The notes: a model not told the origin generated them from the letters alone. Positions 1-10,948 are shown, counted from the first letter of the whole stretch. The stretch: 63,991 nucleotides of DNA, filler included, from Babesia bigemina (GCF_000981445.1; 4 parts of 4 records of this genome joined end to end with filler, not necessarily neighbours in it); one strand, 5' to 3'. Made by a program: numbers and translations.

Positions 1-5
1 CAGTC

Positions 6-3000
6 TTGCAGGACATTGACTCCATGCTCATTAGCCTTGGTCACCTTGCTGCACAGCTTGGCGCTTTTGTTGGTGAAAGTGACAGTGTTAAGAAAGCCGT
101 TAAGAATGCTATTAAAGCTTGTTTCGACACTAATCCAGACCTAAAAACTGACTTAAATGATGTTTACGATTCTCATGTTACTACCCTTTCTGTGTCTGTC
201 AACTCTGCTGACCAGGCTGGTGAAAACCAGAAAATTAGTGAGCTTAAAGATAAAGTTACTAGTCAAATTGCTGTAATTAGTGAACAAGTTAATACCCTTA
301 ATAACCCTCTTAATCCCTCTCCTTCTTCCCCCTCTCCCTCTGCTGACTCAGCCAAATTGCAGTCCAAGTTGGAGGTTTTGGAGAAAGTGGAGAAGCTTTG
401 TGGATTTTATGAGAATTCTAAAAATGCGTCAAATGATCCTAAAAATCTCTTAGATAATTTATGTGACGGTCTTCAGACGTTTCTTGGTTACGATAAAGAC
501 TCCAAAGGCTACGACGGCTCTGGCATTGTGTACTCTGACCTGGACAGGCTGTGTGACGCGGTGATGGGATTTTTGAGTGGTGTGCTCAGTAACATCAAAG
601 AGCATTTAGGGCAGCATAAAAATTCTTTAGATGATGCAATTAACATTCTTAACGCCAATAAACACGGCGGTAAAAAAGGTTTTAATGATGCGATTGTGAA
701 GGTGGTCGAAGGGGTGGGGAGGTATAATAAGGGAGTGGAGCAGTCTAATACCTCCATTAGAAATCCAATAAGGACACTCTTAAAATACGTCAAGGCAGAA
801 AAAGGTACGTTACTTGATGGTCTTAATGCTATTATTCAGGTACCGGACGACGCTGCACATGATGCAGTTGAGCAAGCCGAGACACAGGTGCGAGATAAAC
901 TGACGGAATGCCAGCAGGCAGCCGACACGTTCAACACAGCTTTTAATCTTAAAACACAAACAGACATGAATAAATGTATTACAGACTTGAATGACAAAAT
1001 AGAGACTAAAGTTAGACATTCCATTGGCAATGTTAAGCACGAGAGCGAGAGGCTCAAGGCGTTGGCTCAGAAGGAGCGGAGTGACTTAGATGCGACGATT
1101 AAGGTCACGACAGATACGCTCGAAAACCTAAGAAGTGGCGTAAGAAAGAACGTTTGTGAGCGAGTAACGACGCTAGTGTCAGATTTGAAAAACATTGTTA
1201 CATTGATTTTGAAGGAACTCAGAGCAATGAATTTGAAACTCGAATGGTTGGTGAAGGAACTAAAGCAGTGGATGGAGGAGGCGAAAAAAATCATCAAGGA
1301 AACATTACGCAAACAAGTGGAAGAAATTAGAAGAGAAATCGATGAGGATGCGGGAAGCAAAAATCCCAACCATAAAAAGAGTCTGCTTGCTGAAATTACG
1401 AAACTTGAAACGGCACTCGGCACAAAAGTTAGCGAGTTGGAGAAGTGGAAAGAAGCGGGCGACGCGGCCGTTAGATTGGCGAAGGAGAAGTGTGATGAGA
1501 TAGTTGGGAAGTTGAATGGAGGGGATACTGAGAAAGACGTTGGTACTAAAGGAGGCGTAAAAGATGCAGCTGAGCAGTTGAAAAGCAAAGCTGAAGAGTT
1601 ACGAGGGAAGGCGTTGGCTACAAAGCAGAAAGTTGCGGAGTTGGTCAGGGAGGCATTGACGGCGGTGAAAAGGATGGACGATGCGCTGAAACAGGATTTG
1701 TGGAAGGTGAAGCAAGAGATAAAGAATGCGGTTAAGGCATTAGGGATTAAGTTGGAAGGGGATGTGAAGGAGGATTTGACGACGTTGAAGGGGGCAATTA
1801 GCGGGCCACTCAGTATAATAACGTCAGGTGCCGTTGAATTTTTAGAGAAACTTAGAGCTACACATAGAGCAATTCAGGCAGCTGTCGAAAATATTTACGA
1901 CAATGTAAATAAAGTCAGAGAGCTGCAAAATTTAAATAGCATTGAGGGTAGTCTCGATTCTAAAATTAAATTGCTTCCGGCAATGCGCACTGAAAATGCG
2001 TTTACTCGGCTTACAACCTACTTTGAGCATCTGGACCAGCACATAATGCAAAAAGTTGAAGATTCGATGCGAAGGATAGGTTCTGTGATGTTAGAAAGAG
2101 TTGCTCTGTATGCCGGTGGGGTCAACCTAGACTATGAGCTTGGTAAATCTCCCATTAAAGACGGAATCTCTGAGGCACTCGAATCACTAGCCAAGGTTAG
2201 CAACTTAAAAACGCTACCCAATCTGGCTGATCTGAAATCTATTCTGGGCAACACGGAGTGGGAAGATTTGCAGACAGTTTTGACTGGTATTTCGTCGGTG
2301 AAAGATAAAATCACTGGTAAAACAGCAGACAAAATGACCAAAGAGGACGTAGAATCATTGCTGACATATTTTTCTTCGATGGCTCAAGCTATATCTTCTC
2401 ACTCTGACAAGCTGGTAAAAGCAGTAATGGCAGCAATTCAGAAAAAGGTTAAAGAAGAAATTGGAGAGGTAGCCGGTGCTATCAATGCTAAAGTTGGACA
2501 CATTAGAACCGGTGTTCAAAAAGACACCGAGAACGACGGTAATGAGAATTACGGTCTATCCCATGACCAGCCAAACTCTAGAGGCCTGCAGGCGTTGGTG
2601 ACTCAGTTTGAGAAAATTAACCAGAAACTTGAGGAACTTAAAAATACTACCATCCCAAATACAATCTTCAAAACGAGCGGCGTAGGGGATAACAACTATG
2701 ACCTCAAAACCGTCATGTCCAATTTCCACACTACCTACGAGAAAAATTTCAAAGAAGGCGATATCAAAACTGGCGGTGGAACCGGTACCAAAAGTGTGCT
2801 CGACGAGGAGATCGGCGGGGATGGCACGACTACTGTAGGTGCAGCGCAAAAAATATCTAATCTTGCGACAGGTAAATTCACTAATTATGAACAGCAAGTT
2901 AAACAAGATAGCCTCACAAGTGGTGACCCAAACAAGCTAGAAGGCGAACTACCCAAGGCGATCAAGGCTATCGAGACAACGGTGAACGGAAAAGACTGTT

Positions 3001-6000
3001 TGCAAAATGTTAATAACGGAAGAGGTGGCGGCGATGGAACGTTTGACGGCCAAATGTTCGAAACCTTAAATCAAAAAATCACCACCAACCTCAACTCCTT
3101 CACCGACAAAGTCAAGGATCTTGTCAAAGATGGCGGTTCTAACAACGACGTCAATGCCTACCTAGAAGACGTGTCTCTTCTGCTCAATACTGGAGATCCA
3201 GTTACCCTCAAGTCAGATATAAAAGGGAGCCACAATGGTGTCAAAGGCCTCGTGACGATCAAGGAAGATATTCATAACTTGCAAACCACAAATATTAAAG
3301 ATGTGAAAGACTACCTCAAATATATGTGCGGTTATGTTAGGAACCACACGAAAGACATCGATGCGCAATTAAATAATCTCGCAGATAATCTTATTGACAA
3401 GCAGCTTAAAGATCTTCATGACCAACTTCACACCCTGCAAAGCAAGACACTGGATAAAATCATCAAAGCCACCGAGACGTTTATCAACACCGACACGAAA
3501 GTGCTACAAGAGAGGTGCATTGACGAGCTTTATGAATACCTGGATAGACAGGTGGGAGATGTTAAGCAACAACTCTCCACCCACGCCCGCAGGCAGTACG
3601 TTAGCTCAATAGACGCATTGCTCAAAGCATTCGCCAAGAAAACCGAGAGCGAATTAAAACCGCTGCTTATAGACGTTAACAGCGATTTGAATATCGGACT
3701 CAAGGGGTTCATGAAGAAATTCGATGAGAAGTTCGTCGGCGGTATTAAAGCGCTCGGCGCCATTGACGCTACGTCGTTCACTGTGCAGGGATTGCGGAAA
3801 ATCCATCCGATGAGCCAGGCGGCTGACAAATTTAATACATGCCTAAAGGCATCGCTTGAATATCTGGAGAAGCAAAAGGATCTCACCTCCGATTACAAAA
3901 TCATTACGCCTGCCAAGGAGGCCCTTCGCAAAGTGCTCGCCAAACTCGTGCAATCTCAACACTTCGACCACGAGTTTTGTAACAATTTAGATGCTCTTAC
4001 TGACGAATTAGATAAGTTGGCGCCTGGTAAATTTGGTCAACCCACGACCGTGCTCTCGCAGGCGTTCAAGGAGGGGTTCGCTGACCTGGCGTCGGTGCTG
4101 GGAAAGGCTTACGTTAATATGTATGATGGCGCTTCGGATGGCTTTTTATGGACAAATGCAGCAAAGGATCACAAGTTGACTGACGACGCTGTGAAGTGCG
4201 CCAAAGTATGTTGGAGCGTTTTGCCCATCCTACATAGTGGGCTGACGCATTTACGGGACCAATGCTCCAAAAACTATCCTGCAAGCCAAATCCATTTAAC
4301 ATCAGGTCCGGGTGTTCTATTGACACATATGGGCTACGATGTTGCTAAAGGACGTACTTCACAAGATGGTCAACTGCGGAACATGGAAACGATGATGGGT
4401 GAGAAGATTGCAAGATTGCTTGCCAAAAATATTTCCGGCAACGACAATGAACATCTAAATGAGCGCATCACAAAAAACATTGGCACGTTCAATCTCTTTA
4501 ACGTTCTTGAATGCCTATACACTCACTTGAATGACTACTACTCGGTACGTCACTTGGTTCTCAACCCTAGACCTAGAATGCCATGTAACATATATGAAAT
4601 GCTGTGCTGGATGTCCGGGCTGCCGTGCAACAACGTTTTTGACGAGATGTTACATGAGGCTGTCAGCGAACTGTTCGTCGATCCAGAAAAGCAGGTCACA
4701 GACGGCGAATTATCTGCTGCGGTTATTAGCGACGAACCCATTGCGGCGTATCCACATGACATTAATTATAATCCATTACTAACAGCGCTCACCGACATCT
4801 GTTCACAATCCCATGATATTCTCACCACCATCCTAGGCACGGGAGACTCATACACCATATACGCCGTCGACTACTCTACCAACTCATTGGGTCTCCGTTA
4901 TCCGTCAACCGGGGAGGATTGCTTACAGATGCTCCTCGATATTCTAAGACGGCTGTTCCCTGTCCTGAGATTCATGTATGCCCAATGCGGCCTAAGCGCT
5001 GCATACCGTGGTTGGTATGACTGCCAGTACGGCAAAAATGTAAAATACTCCAATTGGAATTGCCGTGAGCATTCCGCCAAACAGCAGCTTGATTGTTACC
5101 CTACGTCACCTCTAATGTCGTATCTTCGTGACTGCCTTCCTGGTCTGCTACCTCACCGTCTCACCAACATAGGCTGCAAATCAGTGTGCGCCAACTGCCC
5201 TAAGAAACTACCAGGGCAACCATGTCTAACGCCGCTCGGATTCAGAAGCTTCTCAGGAAGTACGAGGACGGGTAAAGAGCTATGTAACGTGCTGGCCAAA
5301 TTCTTCGACAATTCATATATCACGTCGCTATTTAGTTTGACGCCTAAACCTCCATCCACATTGTCAGAGCACTTCGAATTTGCGTTGTCGCTTGCACAGT
5401 GCATCAGTACCCCTACGTCAAATCACAACAACGGAGTCACGGAATTGCGAGAAGCGTTCGAGGAAAATATCACTAGTAATTCCATTGCGTTATATAAAGT
5501 GCCCAGCAAACTCACAGATGCTCTACTTAAATCTTACTGCAATAGAGAGATCGCGCATAGCGCTAAACATTCGGATGCTAAAAACACTGACCTCTCAAGC
5601 TTAGCAAGAGAGAACTCGTGCTCGGATTTATACAGCCAATGCGCTCCCTACCTCTGCTCCACATCTTCCGATGCGTACACGTACCTCGCCAAAAAGCACG
5701 CCGATCTCTACCTCTCATGGGCTGTATATCTACCGTGGACATTCTACAGTTACCTGAAAGGATTGCTCGATGCGTTCCAGCAGATTGATTGTGGAGGCTC
5801 CGGTTGTACGAAATGTTCGTGCAAGCCGGGAAAGCACGGTGTCGAATACAGCTGCAAGTGCAACGCATTGATAAGCTGTCGTGGAGTGATGACTACGTTC
5901 TACCAATACGGGTTCACTTTTGGCAACGCAAAAACGCTGTATGGAACTAACAGAAAATTCTGCCTTAGTTTCCATACACAACTGAGTAATCTGCTGAAAT

Positions 6001-6254
6001 CTCAATATTTCACCAAATTATTTGAGGAATGTGACAACTTCATTTGGACCATCAGAGAACCGTTCACCTACCTAGTGCTGGCGCTCTGGTCCGCCTCATT
6101 CCTCTACCTCATCTGCGTAATGGTTGGCAGGCTGGATGTGCTCCACATACGCTCACACCTGAGGATACCGTCATCGCACAGGATAACGGCGCAGTCATTG
6201 TTGGCTGCAGCGCAAGTCGGAAGGCTTGCCAAGATATCCTACCTGCAACCGTAA
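6..6254 (+). CDS. ves: VESA-like variant erythrocyte surface antigen, subfamily-1 body with tail type A (...GRLAKISYLQP); 5' end at the window edge
   Basis: 2082-codon ORF with N-terminal GYDGSGIVYSDLDRLCD motif, long helical middle, Cys-rich distal domain, one C-terminal TM (PFTYLVLALWSASFLYLICVMV) and RLDVLHIRSHL tail. Track start is TTG; first in-frame ATG is at 24. Confidence 0.85.
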   Translation: MQDIDSMLISLGHLAAQLGAFVGESDSVKKAVKNAIKACFDTNPDLKTDLNDVYDSHVTTLSVSVNSADQAGENQKISELKDKVTSQIAVISEQVNTLNNPLNPSPSSPSPSADSAKLQSKLEVLEKVEKLCGFYENSKNASNDPKNLLDNLCDGLQTFLGYDKDSKGYDGSGIVYSDLDRLCDAVMGFLSGVLSNIKEHLGQHKNSLDDAINILNANKHGGKKGFNDAIVKVVEGVGRYNKGVEQSNTSIRNPIRTLLKYVKAEKGTLLDGLNAIIQVPDDAAHDAVEQAETQVRDKLTECQQAADTFNTAFNLKTQTDMNKCITDLNDKIETKVRHSIGNVKHESERLKALAQKERSDLDATIKVTTDTLENLRSGVRKNVCERVTTLVSDLKNIVTLILKELRAMNLKLEWLVKELKQWMEEAKKIIKETLRKQVEEIRREIDEDAGSKNPNHKKSLLAEITKLETALGTKVSELEKWKEAGDAAVRLAKEKCDEIVGKLNGGDTEKDVGTKGGVKDAAEQLKSKAEELRGKALATKQKVAELVREALTAVKRMDDALKQDLWKVKQEIKNAVKALGIKLEGDVKEDLTTLKGAISGPLSIITSGAVEFLEKLRATHRAIQAAVENIYDNVNKVRELQNLNSIEGSLDSKIKLLPAMRTENAFTRLTTYFEHLDQHIMQKVEDSMRRIGSVMLERVALYAGGVNLDYELGKSPIKDGISEALESLAKVSNLKTLPNLADLKSILGNTEWEDLQTVLTGISSVKDKITGKTADKMTKEDVESLLTYFSSMAQAISSHSDKLVKAVMAAIQKKVKEEIGEVAGAINAKVGHIRTGVQKDTENDGNENYGLSHDQPNSRGLQALVTQFEKINQKLEELKNTTIPNTIFKTSGVGDNNYDLKTVMSNFHTTYEKNFKEGDIKTGGGTGTKSVLDEEIGGDGTTTVGAAQKISNLATGKFTNYEQQVKQDSLTSGDPNKLEGELPKAIKAIETTVNGKDCLQNVNNGRGGGDGTFDGQMFETLNQKITTNLNSFTDKVKDLVKDGGSNNDVNAYLEDVSLLLNTGDPVTLKSDIKGSHNGVKGLVTIKEDIHNLQTTNIKDVKDYLKYMCGYVRNHTKDIDAQLNNLADNLIDKQLKDLHDQLHTLQSKTLDKIIKATETFINTDTKVLQERCIDELYEYLDRQVGDVKQQLSTHARRQYVSSIDALLKAFAKKTESELKPLLIDVNSDLNIGLKGFMKKFDEKFVGGIKALGAIDATSFTVQGLRKIHPMSQAADKFNTCLKASLEYLEKQKDLTSDYKIITPAKEALRKVLAKLVQSQHFDHEFCNNLDALTDELDKLAPGKFGQPTTVLSQAFKEGFADLASVLGKAYVNMYDGASDGFLWTNAAKDHKLTDDAVKCAKVCWSVLPILHSGLTHLRDQCSKNYPASQIHLTSGPGVLLTHMGYDVAKGRTSQDGQLRNMETMMGEKIARLLAKNISGNDNEHLNERITKNIGTFNLFNVLECLYTHLNDYYSVRHLVLNPRPRMPCNIYEMLCWMSGLPCNNVFDEMLHEAVSELFVDPEKQVTDGELSAAVISDEPIAAYPHDINYNPLLTALTDICSQSHDILTTILGTGDSYTIYAVDYSTNSLGLRYPSTGEDCLQMLLDILRRLFPVLRFMYAQCGLSAAYRGWYDCQYGKNVKYSNWNCREHSAKQQLDCYPTSPLMSYLRDCLPGLLPHRLTNIGCKSVCANCPKKLPGQPCLTPLGFRSFSGSTRTGKELCNVLAKFFDNSYITSLFSLTPKPPSTLSEHFEFALSLAQCISTPTSNHNNGVTELREAFEENITSNSIALYKVPSKLTDALLKSYCNREIAHSAKHSDAKNTDLSSLARENSCSDLYSQCAPYLCSTSSDAYTYLAKKHADLYLSWAVYLPWTFYSYLKGLLDAFQQIDCGGSGCTKCSCKPGKHGVEYSCKCNALISCRGVMTTFYQYGFTFGNAKTLYGTNRKFCLSFHTQLSNLLKSQYFTKLFEECDNFIWTIREPFTYLVLALWSASFLYLICVMVGRLDVLHIRSHLRIPSSHRITAQSLLAAAQVGRLAKISYLQP

Positions 6255-6396
6255 TTGTAATCACGTCTGTAATTCACAGTAACTCACGTAACTACTCACC
6301 TACTCACCTAACCGACAAACGTAGTCTAATGTTTTGAATTACTCTAGCGGCAACCTGTGAACTAAATAGCACCTAGATTAGGTTACGACTGAACGA

Positions 6397-6995
6397 CCAA
6401 GCAAAGTGCTAACCTAGCACCCAGGCAAAGTGCAAAGCTGGCACCCAGGCAAAGTGCAAAGCTGGCACCCAGGCAAAGTGCTAAGCAAGCAGCCAGGCAA
6501 AGTGCTAAGCAAGCACACAGGCAAAGTGCTAAGGTATCAACCAGGCAAAGTGATAAGCTAGCACCCAGGCAAAGTGATAAGCTAGCACCCAGGCTAAGTG
6601 CTGACCTAGCACGCAGGCAAAGTGCTGACCTAGCACGCAGGCAACGTGCTAACCTAGCACACAGGCAAAGTGTTGACCTAGCAACCAGGAAAGGTGCAAA
6701 GCTAGCACCCAGGCAAAGTGCTAAGCTGGCATCCAGGCAAAGTGCTGACCTAGCAACCAGGCAAACTGCTAAGCTGGCACCCAGGCAAAGTGGTAAGCTA
6801 GCAACCAGGCTTAGTGCTAAGCAAGCACACTGGCAAAGTGCTAACCTAGCACACAGGCAAAGTGCTAACCTAGCACACAGGCAAAGTGTTAACGTAGCAC
6901 CCAGGCAAAGTGCTAACCTAGCACCCAGGCAAAGTGATAAGCTAGCACCCAGGCAACGTGCTAACCTAGCAACCAGGCAAAGTGCTAAGCTAGCA
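6397..6995 (+). repeat. 24-bp tandem repeat (CCAGGCAAAGTGCTAAGCTAGCAC-like), about 25 units
   Basis: Direct 24-nt periodicity; explains the spurious ARLALCLG ORF 6383-7027. Confidence 0.95.
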
Positions 6996-6996
6996 C

Positions 6997-7510
6997 ATGA
7001 ACCGTAATTTGGTAGGTGTTGTGGCACGTTGATTGCCTGGTGCGTTGAGTTGTGCGTTGACTGTGAGTGGCGTCTGCGTTGCCCATTGAGTCAGTGTCAC
7101 GTGCGGCTAGGTGTTTGGTTGCTAACGTAGGCGGCCGTGAGGGCCGCGGCGGGTGACCTAAGTCGTGTGTTGCGAGTCACCGGCGGGGTGGCGTAATCCG
7201 CGTTGGCCTGGTTAAGTAGCGTTTATAGGCGGCAATGTAGCGATCGTTAATATCACATTTAGGCACGTAGCCGACACGCTCCGCCGGCATGGCGCCGATA
7301 CCGCGGCTGGTAGCACGGTGCTGCTGCACTGTGGGAGTTGAGCGCACGGGGTTCGCTGCAATTTTAATGGCGTTGCGAATAGTGAATAATTTAAAGTGAC
7401 AGTTGCTGCCGATCACATGCGTCGCGTCAGGGCAGCTGTGGTATCCCGGGCAGCGTGGGTGTCGGAGGCCTGGGCTGGGGGGATACAGGGGTGAGGGTGC
7501 GTGTTGATGA
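6997..7510 (+). promoter_or_regulatory. Conserved unique ~500-bp spacer, putative promoter region of the Cys-rich TM gene
   Basis: Homologous to 27740-28246 (inverted), in the same position between the 24-bp and ~75-bp arrays. Promoter function is inferred. Confidence 0.35.
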
Positions 7511-8655
7511 GGGGACTGGGAGCGGCAGTGGACGTGTTGCAGTTGGTGAGTGCGTTGCTAGGTTATTGATATGTCTGCAGGTTGAGGGTACTGGGAGCGG
7601 CAGTGGTACGTGTTGCAGTTGGTGAGTGCTGCTTGAGTGATTGATATGCTTGCAGGTTGAGGGGAGTGGAGCGGCAGTGGTAGTGTTGCAGTTGGTGAGT
7701 GCTGCTTAAGTGCTTGATATGTTCGCAGGTTGAGGGGACTGCGAGCGTCAGTGGTAGTGTTGCAGTTGGTGAGTGCTGCTTGAGTGATTGATATGTTTGC
7801 AGGTTGAGGGGACTGGGAGCGGCAGTGGTAGTGTTGCAGTTGGTGAGTGCTGCTTGAGTGATTGATATGTTTGCAGTTTGAGGGGAGTGGGCGCGGCAGT
7901 GTTCGTGTTGCAGTTGGTGAGTGCTGCTTAAGTGATTGATATGTTCGCAGGTTGAGGGGACTGGGAGGGGAGCGGCAGTGGTACGTGTTGCAGTTGGTGA
8001 GTGCGTTGCTGGGTGATTGATATGATTGCAGGTTGAAGGGACTGGAGCGGCAGTGGTAGTGTTGTAGTTGGTGAGTGCGTTGCTAGGTGATTGATATGTT
8101 TGCAGGTTGAGGGGAGTGGGCGCGGCAGTGGTAGCTGTTGCAGTTGGTGAGTGCTTGCTAGGTGATTGATATGTTTGCAGGTTGAGGGGACTGGGAGCGG
8201 CAGTGGTAGTGTTGCAGTTGGTGAGTGCGTTGCTAGGTGATTGATATGTTCGCAGGTTGAGGGGACTGGGAGCGGTAGTGGTACGTGTTGCAGTTGGTGA
8301 GTGCGTTGCTAGGTGATTGATATGTCTGCAGGCTGAGGGGACTGGGCGCGGCAGTGGTACGTGTTGCAGTTGGTGAGTGCTTGCTAGGTGATTGATATGT
8401 TTGCAGGTTGAGGGGACAGGGAGCGGCAGTGGTACGTGTTGCAGTTGGTGAGTGCTTGCGTAAGTGATTGATATGCTTGCAGGTTGAGTGGACTGGGAGG
8501 GGCAGTGTTACGTGTTGCAGTTGGTGAGTGCGTTGCTTAGGTGATTGATACGTTCGCAGGCTGAGGGGAGTGGGAGCGGCAGTGGTACGTGTTGCAGTTG
8601 GTGAGTGCTTGCATAGGTGATTGATATGTTTGCAGGTTGAGCGGAGTGGGAGGGG
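7510..8655 (+). repeat. ~75-bp tandem repeat, about 15 units, each containing a GTGAGT...GCAG mini-intron-like segment
   Basis: Unit gcaggttgaggggactgggagcggcagtggta(c)gtgttgcagttggtgagtgc..gattgatatgttt recurs every 74-78 nt. Confidence 0.92.
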
Positions 8656-8658
8656 AAG

Positions 8659-9117
8659 ATGGGTTATTCGTTTCTGCAGTGTAAGTGTGGCAAACAATGT
8701 ACAGAACATGAGTGTTTTTGCTGTCTCTACTGTTGTAGAGGATGCCAACCACTTTGTTATCAGTGTACCAAATTCATCCAGCCTCGCAGAATGGGATTGC
8801 AGGAATGCCATCCAAAGGGATGTACGGAATGTGACATTTACAGTTGCGTATGTAACTGTTGTCTACGTAAACGTTATGCCTCTTCCAGTTCTTCCTCCTC
8901 TTCTTCCTCCCGTGACGTCTCATCCTCCAGTTCTTCCTCCTCCCATGGTCAGCAGCCATCCGTCATTCAACACCCTTCAACCGGCTCCTCTAACTCATCT
9001 TCCAACCCCATCACTTACATCATCGTCCCCGTCGCTTTCATCGTCATCGTCATCGTCGTCATGGTCTACTTCCGCATCCGGCCCTTCCACAGGGTGCGGT
9101 ATCTACTGCGCAGCTAA
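8659..9117 (+). CDS. Small Cys-rich single-pass membrane protein (152 aa)
   Basis: ATG in GGAAGATGG context; CxCCxxCC...CHPxGC...CxCxCC domain, Ser-rich linker, TM YIIVPVAFIVIVIVVMVYF, basic tail. Paralog at 26580-27119 in the same context. Confidence 0.75.
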   Translation: MGYSFLQCKCGKQCTEHECFCCLYCCRGCQPLCYQCTKFIQPRRMGLQECHPKGCTECDIYSCVCNCCLRKRYASSSSSSSSSSRDVSSSSSSSSHGQQPSVIQHPSTGSSNSSSNPITYIIVPVAFIVIVIVVMVYFRIRPFHRVRYLLRS

Positions 9118-9216
9118 TTACAATAACCTAACTGCTAACTGACATCTAATGTTCTATGCAAAATAATAATTGCATTATCAAATACATGAGCAGTAATGTG
9201 ACCTCCCTACTCCGTC

Positions 9217-9357
9217 ATGGTCGCCATCATCCGCCTCGACCTGCTCCACATCAAATCGCATTTGCACTCACCATCGTCACATCGCATTGCCGCCCAGTCA
9301 CTACTTGCCGCCGCACGTGTTAACAAGCTTAACAGAGTGTTTTACCTGCAACCATAA
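9217..9357 (+). pseudogene. ves: Orphan ves tail-type-B fragment, 46-codon ORF MVAIIRLDLLHIKSHLHSPSSHRIAAQSLLAAARVNKLNRVFYLQP
   Basis: Hand translation matches the cytoplasmic tail of 10949-16168; followed by the standard ves 3' flank; no upstream ves body. Confidence 0.8.
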
Positions 9358-9484
9358 TCGTACTCACGTGTTTATTGTCTACACTCACCTAGCATATCAC
9401 CTACTCACCTAACTGATCAATTGTGCTTTAATCTGTTGTATCACTCATTAATCGTTCTATGTGATTGTGTAGTAGTTAACTAAA

Positions 9485-9700
9485 GTGTTGACCAAAGTGC
9501 TGACCAAGGTGCTGACCAACGTGCTGACCAACGTGCTGACCAACGTGCTGACCAATGTGTTGACCAATGTGCTGACCAACGTGTTGACCAATGTGCTGAC
9601 CAAAGGGGTGACCAATGCCATGACCAAAGTGTTGACCAAGGTGCTGACCAAAGTGTTGACCAATGTGCTGACCAAAGTGATGACCAAGCGCCTGACCAAG
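9485..9700 (+). repeat. 12-bp tandem repeat (GTGCTGACCAAN)
   Basis: Direct periodicity; gives VLTN/LVST pseudo-ORFs. Confidence 0.95.
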
Positions 9701-9704
9701 TAAT

Positions 9705-9765
9705 GGTTACGGCAGCGATGAAATGGACACGGCAGCGATGACATGGTTACGGCAGCGGTGACAAT
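9705..9765 (+). repeat. 20-bp tandem repeat (CGGCAGCGATGACATGGTYA), about 3 units
   Basis: Same unit as the longer arrays at 25621-25950 and 35715-36275. Confidence 0.85.
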
Positions 9766-9788
9766 GGTGAGCTAAGTGGTATTTATCA

Positions 9789-10920
9789 TCCACTCTACAT
9801 CGCCCCTTTATCCACTCTACATCGCTCCCTAACCCACTCCACATCGCCCCTTTATCCACTCTACATCGCTCCCTAACCCACTCTACATCGCTCCCTTATC
9901 CACTCTACATCGCTCCCTTATCCACTCTACATCGCCCCTTTACACACTCCACATCGCCCCTTAACCCACTCTACATCGCTCCTCTATCCACTCTACATCG
10001 CCCCTTACCCACTCTACATCGCTCCTTAATCCACTCTACATCGCTCCCTAACCCACTCTACATCGCCCCTTAATCCACCCTTCATCGCCCCTTAACCCAC
10101 TCTACATCGCCCCTTTATCCACTCCACATCGCTCCTTAACCCACTCTACATCGCTCCTTTATCCACTCTACATCGCTCCTTTATCCACTCTACATCGCTC
10201 CCTTACCCACTCCACATCGCTCCCTAACCCACTCCACATCGCCCCTTTACCCACTCCACATCGCCCCTTAACCCACTCTTCATCGCCCCTTAACCCACTC
10301 TACATCGCCCCTTAATCCACTCCACATCGCTCCTTAACCACTCCACATCGCTCCTTTATCCACTCTACATCGCCCCTTTACCCACTCTACATCGCCCCTT
10401 AAACTCCTCTAATCGCTTCTTTATCCACTCTACATCGCTCCCTCATCCACTCCACATCGCTCCTTTATCCACTCTACATCGCTCCCTAACTCACTCCACA
10501 TCGCTCCCTAACCCACTCTACATCGCTCCCTAACCCACTCTACATCGCTCCTTTATCCACTCTACATCGCTCCCTAACCCACTCTACATCGCTCCTTTAT
10601 CCACTCTACATCGCCCCTTTATCCACTCTACATCACCCCTTAACCCACTCTACATCGCCCCTTTGTCCACTCTACATCGCTTCTTTATCCACTCTACATC
10701 GCCCCTTTATCCACTCTACATCGCCCCTTAACCCACTCCACATCGCTCCCTAACCCACTCTACATCGCCCCTTTACCCACTCTACATCGCTCCCTAACCC
10801 ACTCTACATCGCCCCTTTATCCACTCTACATCGCCCCTTAACCCACTCTACACCGCCCCTTAACCCACTCTACATCGCTCCTTAACCCACTCTACATCGC
10901 CCCTTAACCCACTCTACATC
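9789..10920 (+). repeat. 22-bp C-rich satellite (CCACTCTACATCGCYCCYTWAY) upstream of a ves gene
   Basis: About 50 direct units, ending at the conserved leader CATCCCTYGAATCACCTCGCC. Confidence 0.97.
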
Positions 10921-10948
10921 CCTCGAATCACCTCGCCTTAATACTGCT

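Noticed and set aside
6383..7027. Repeat-derived ORFs (ARLALCLG, VLTN, LVST, PLYIAP, GQHI and similar)
   Set aside because: Translations of tandem repeats, mostly with non-ATG starts and open in several frames.
7260..7272. 13-mer TAGGCACGTAGCC shared between the conserved spacer and the retroelement 3' UTR (23847-23859)
   Set aside because: Rough chance expectation is around 0.1 for this search space, and the match does not extend.
7177..7416. 79-aa ORF conserved with 27830-28069
   Set aside because: GTG start in a eukaryote; the conservation is explained by duplication of the whole spacer.
7510..8655. CRISPR-like array
   Set aside because: Units are full tandem repeats with no unique spacers, there are no cas genes, and the context is eukaryotic.
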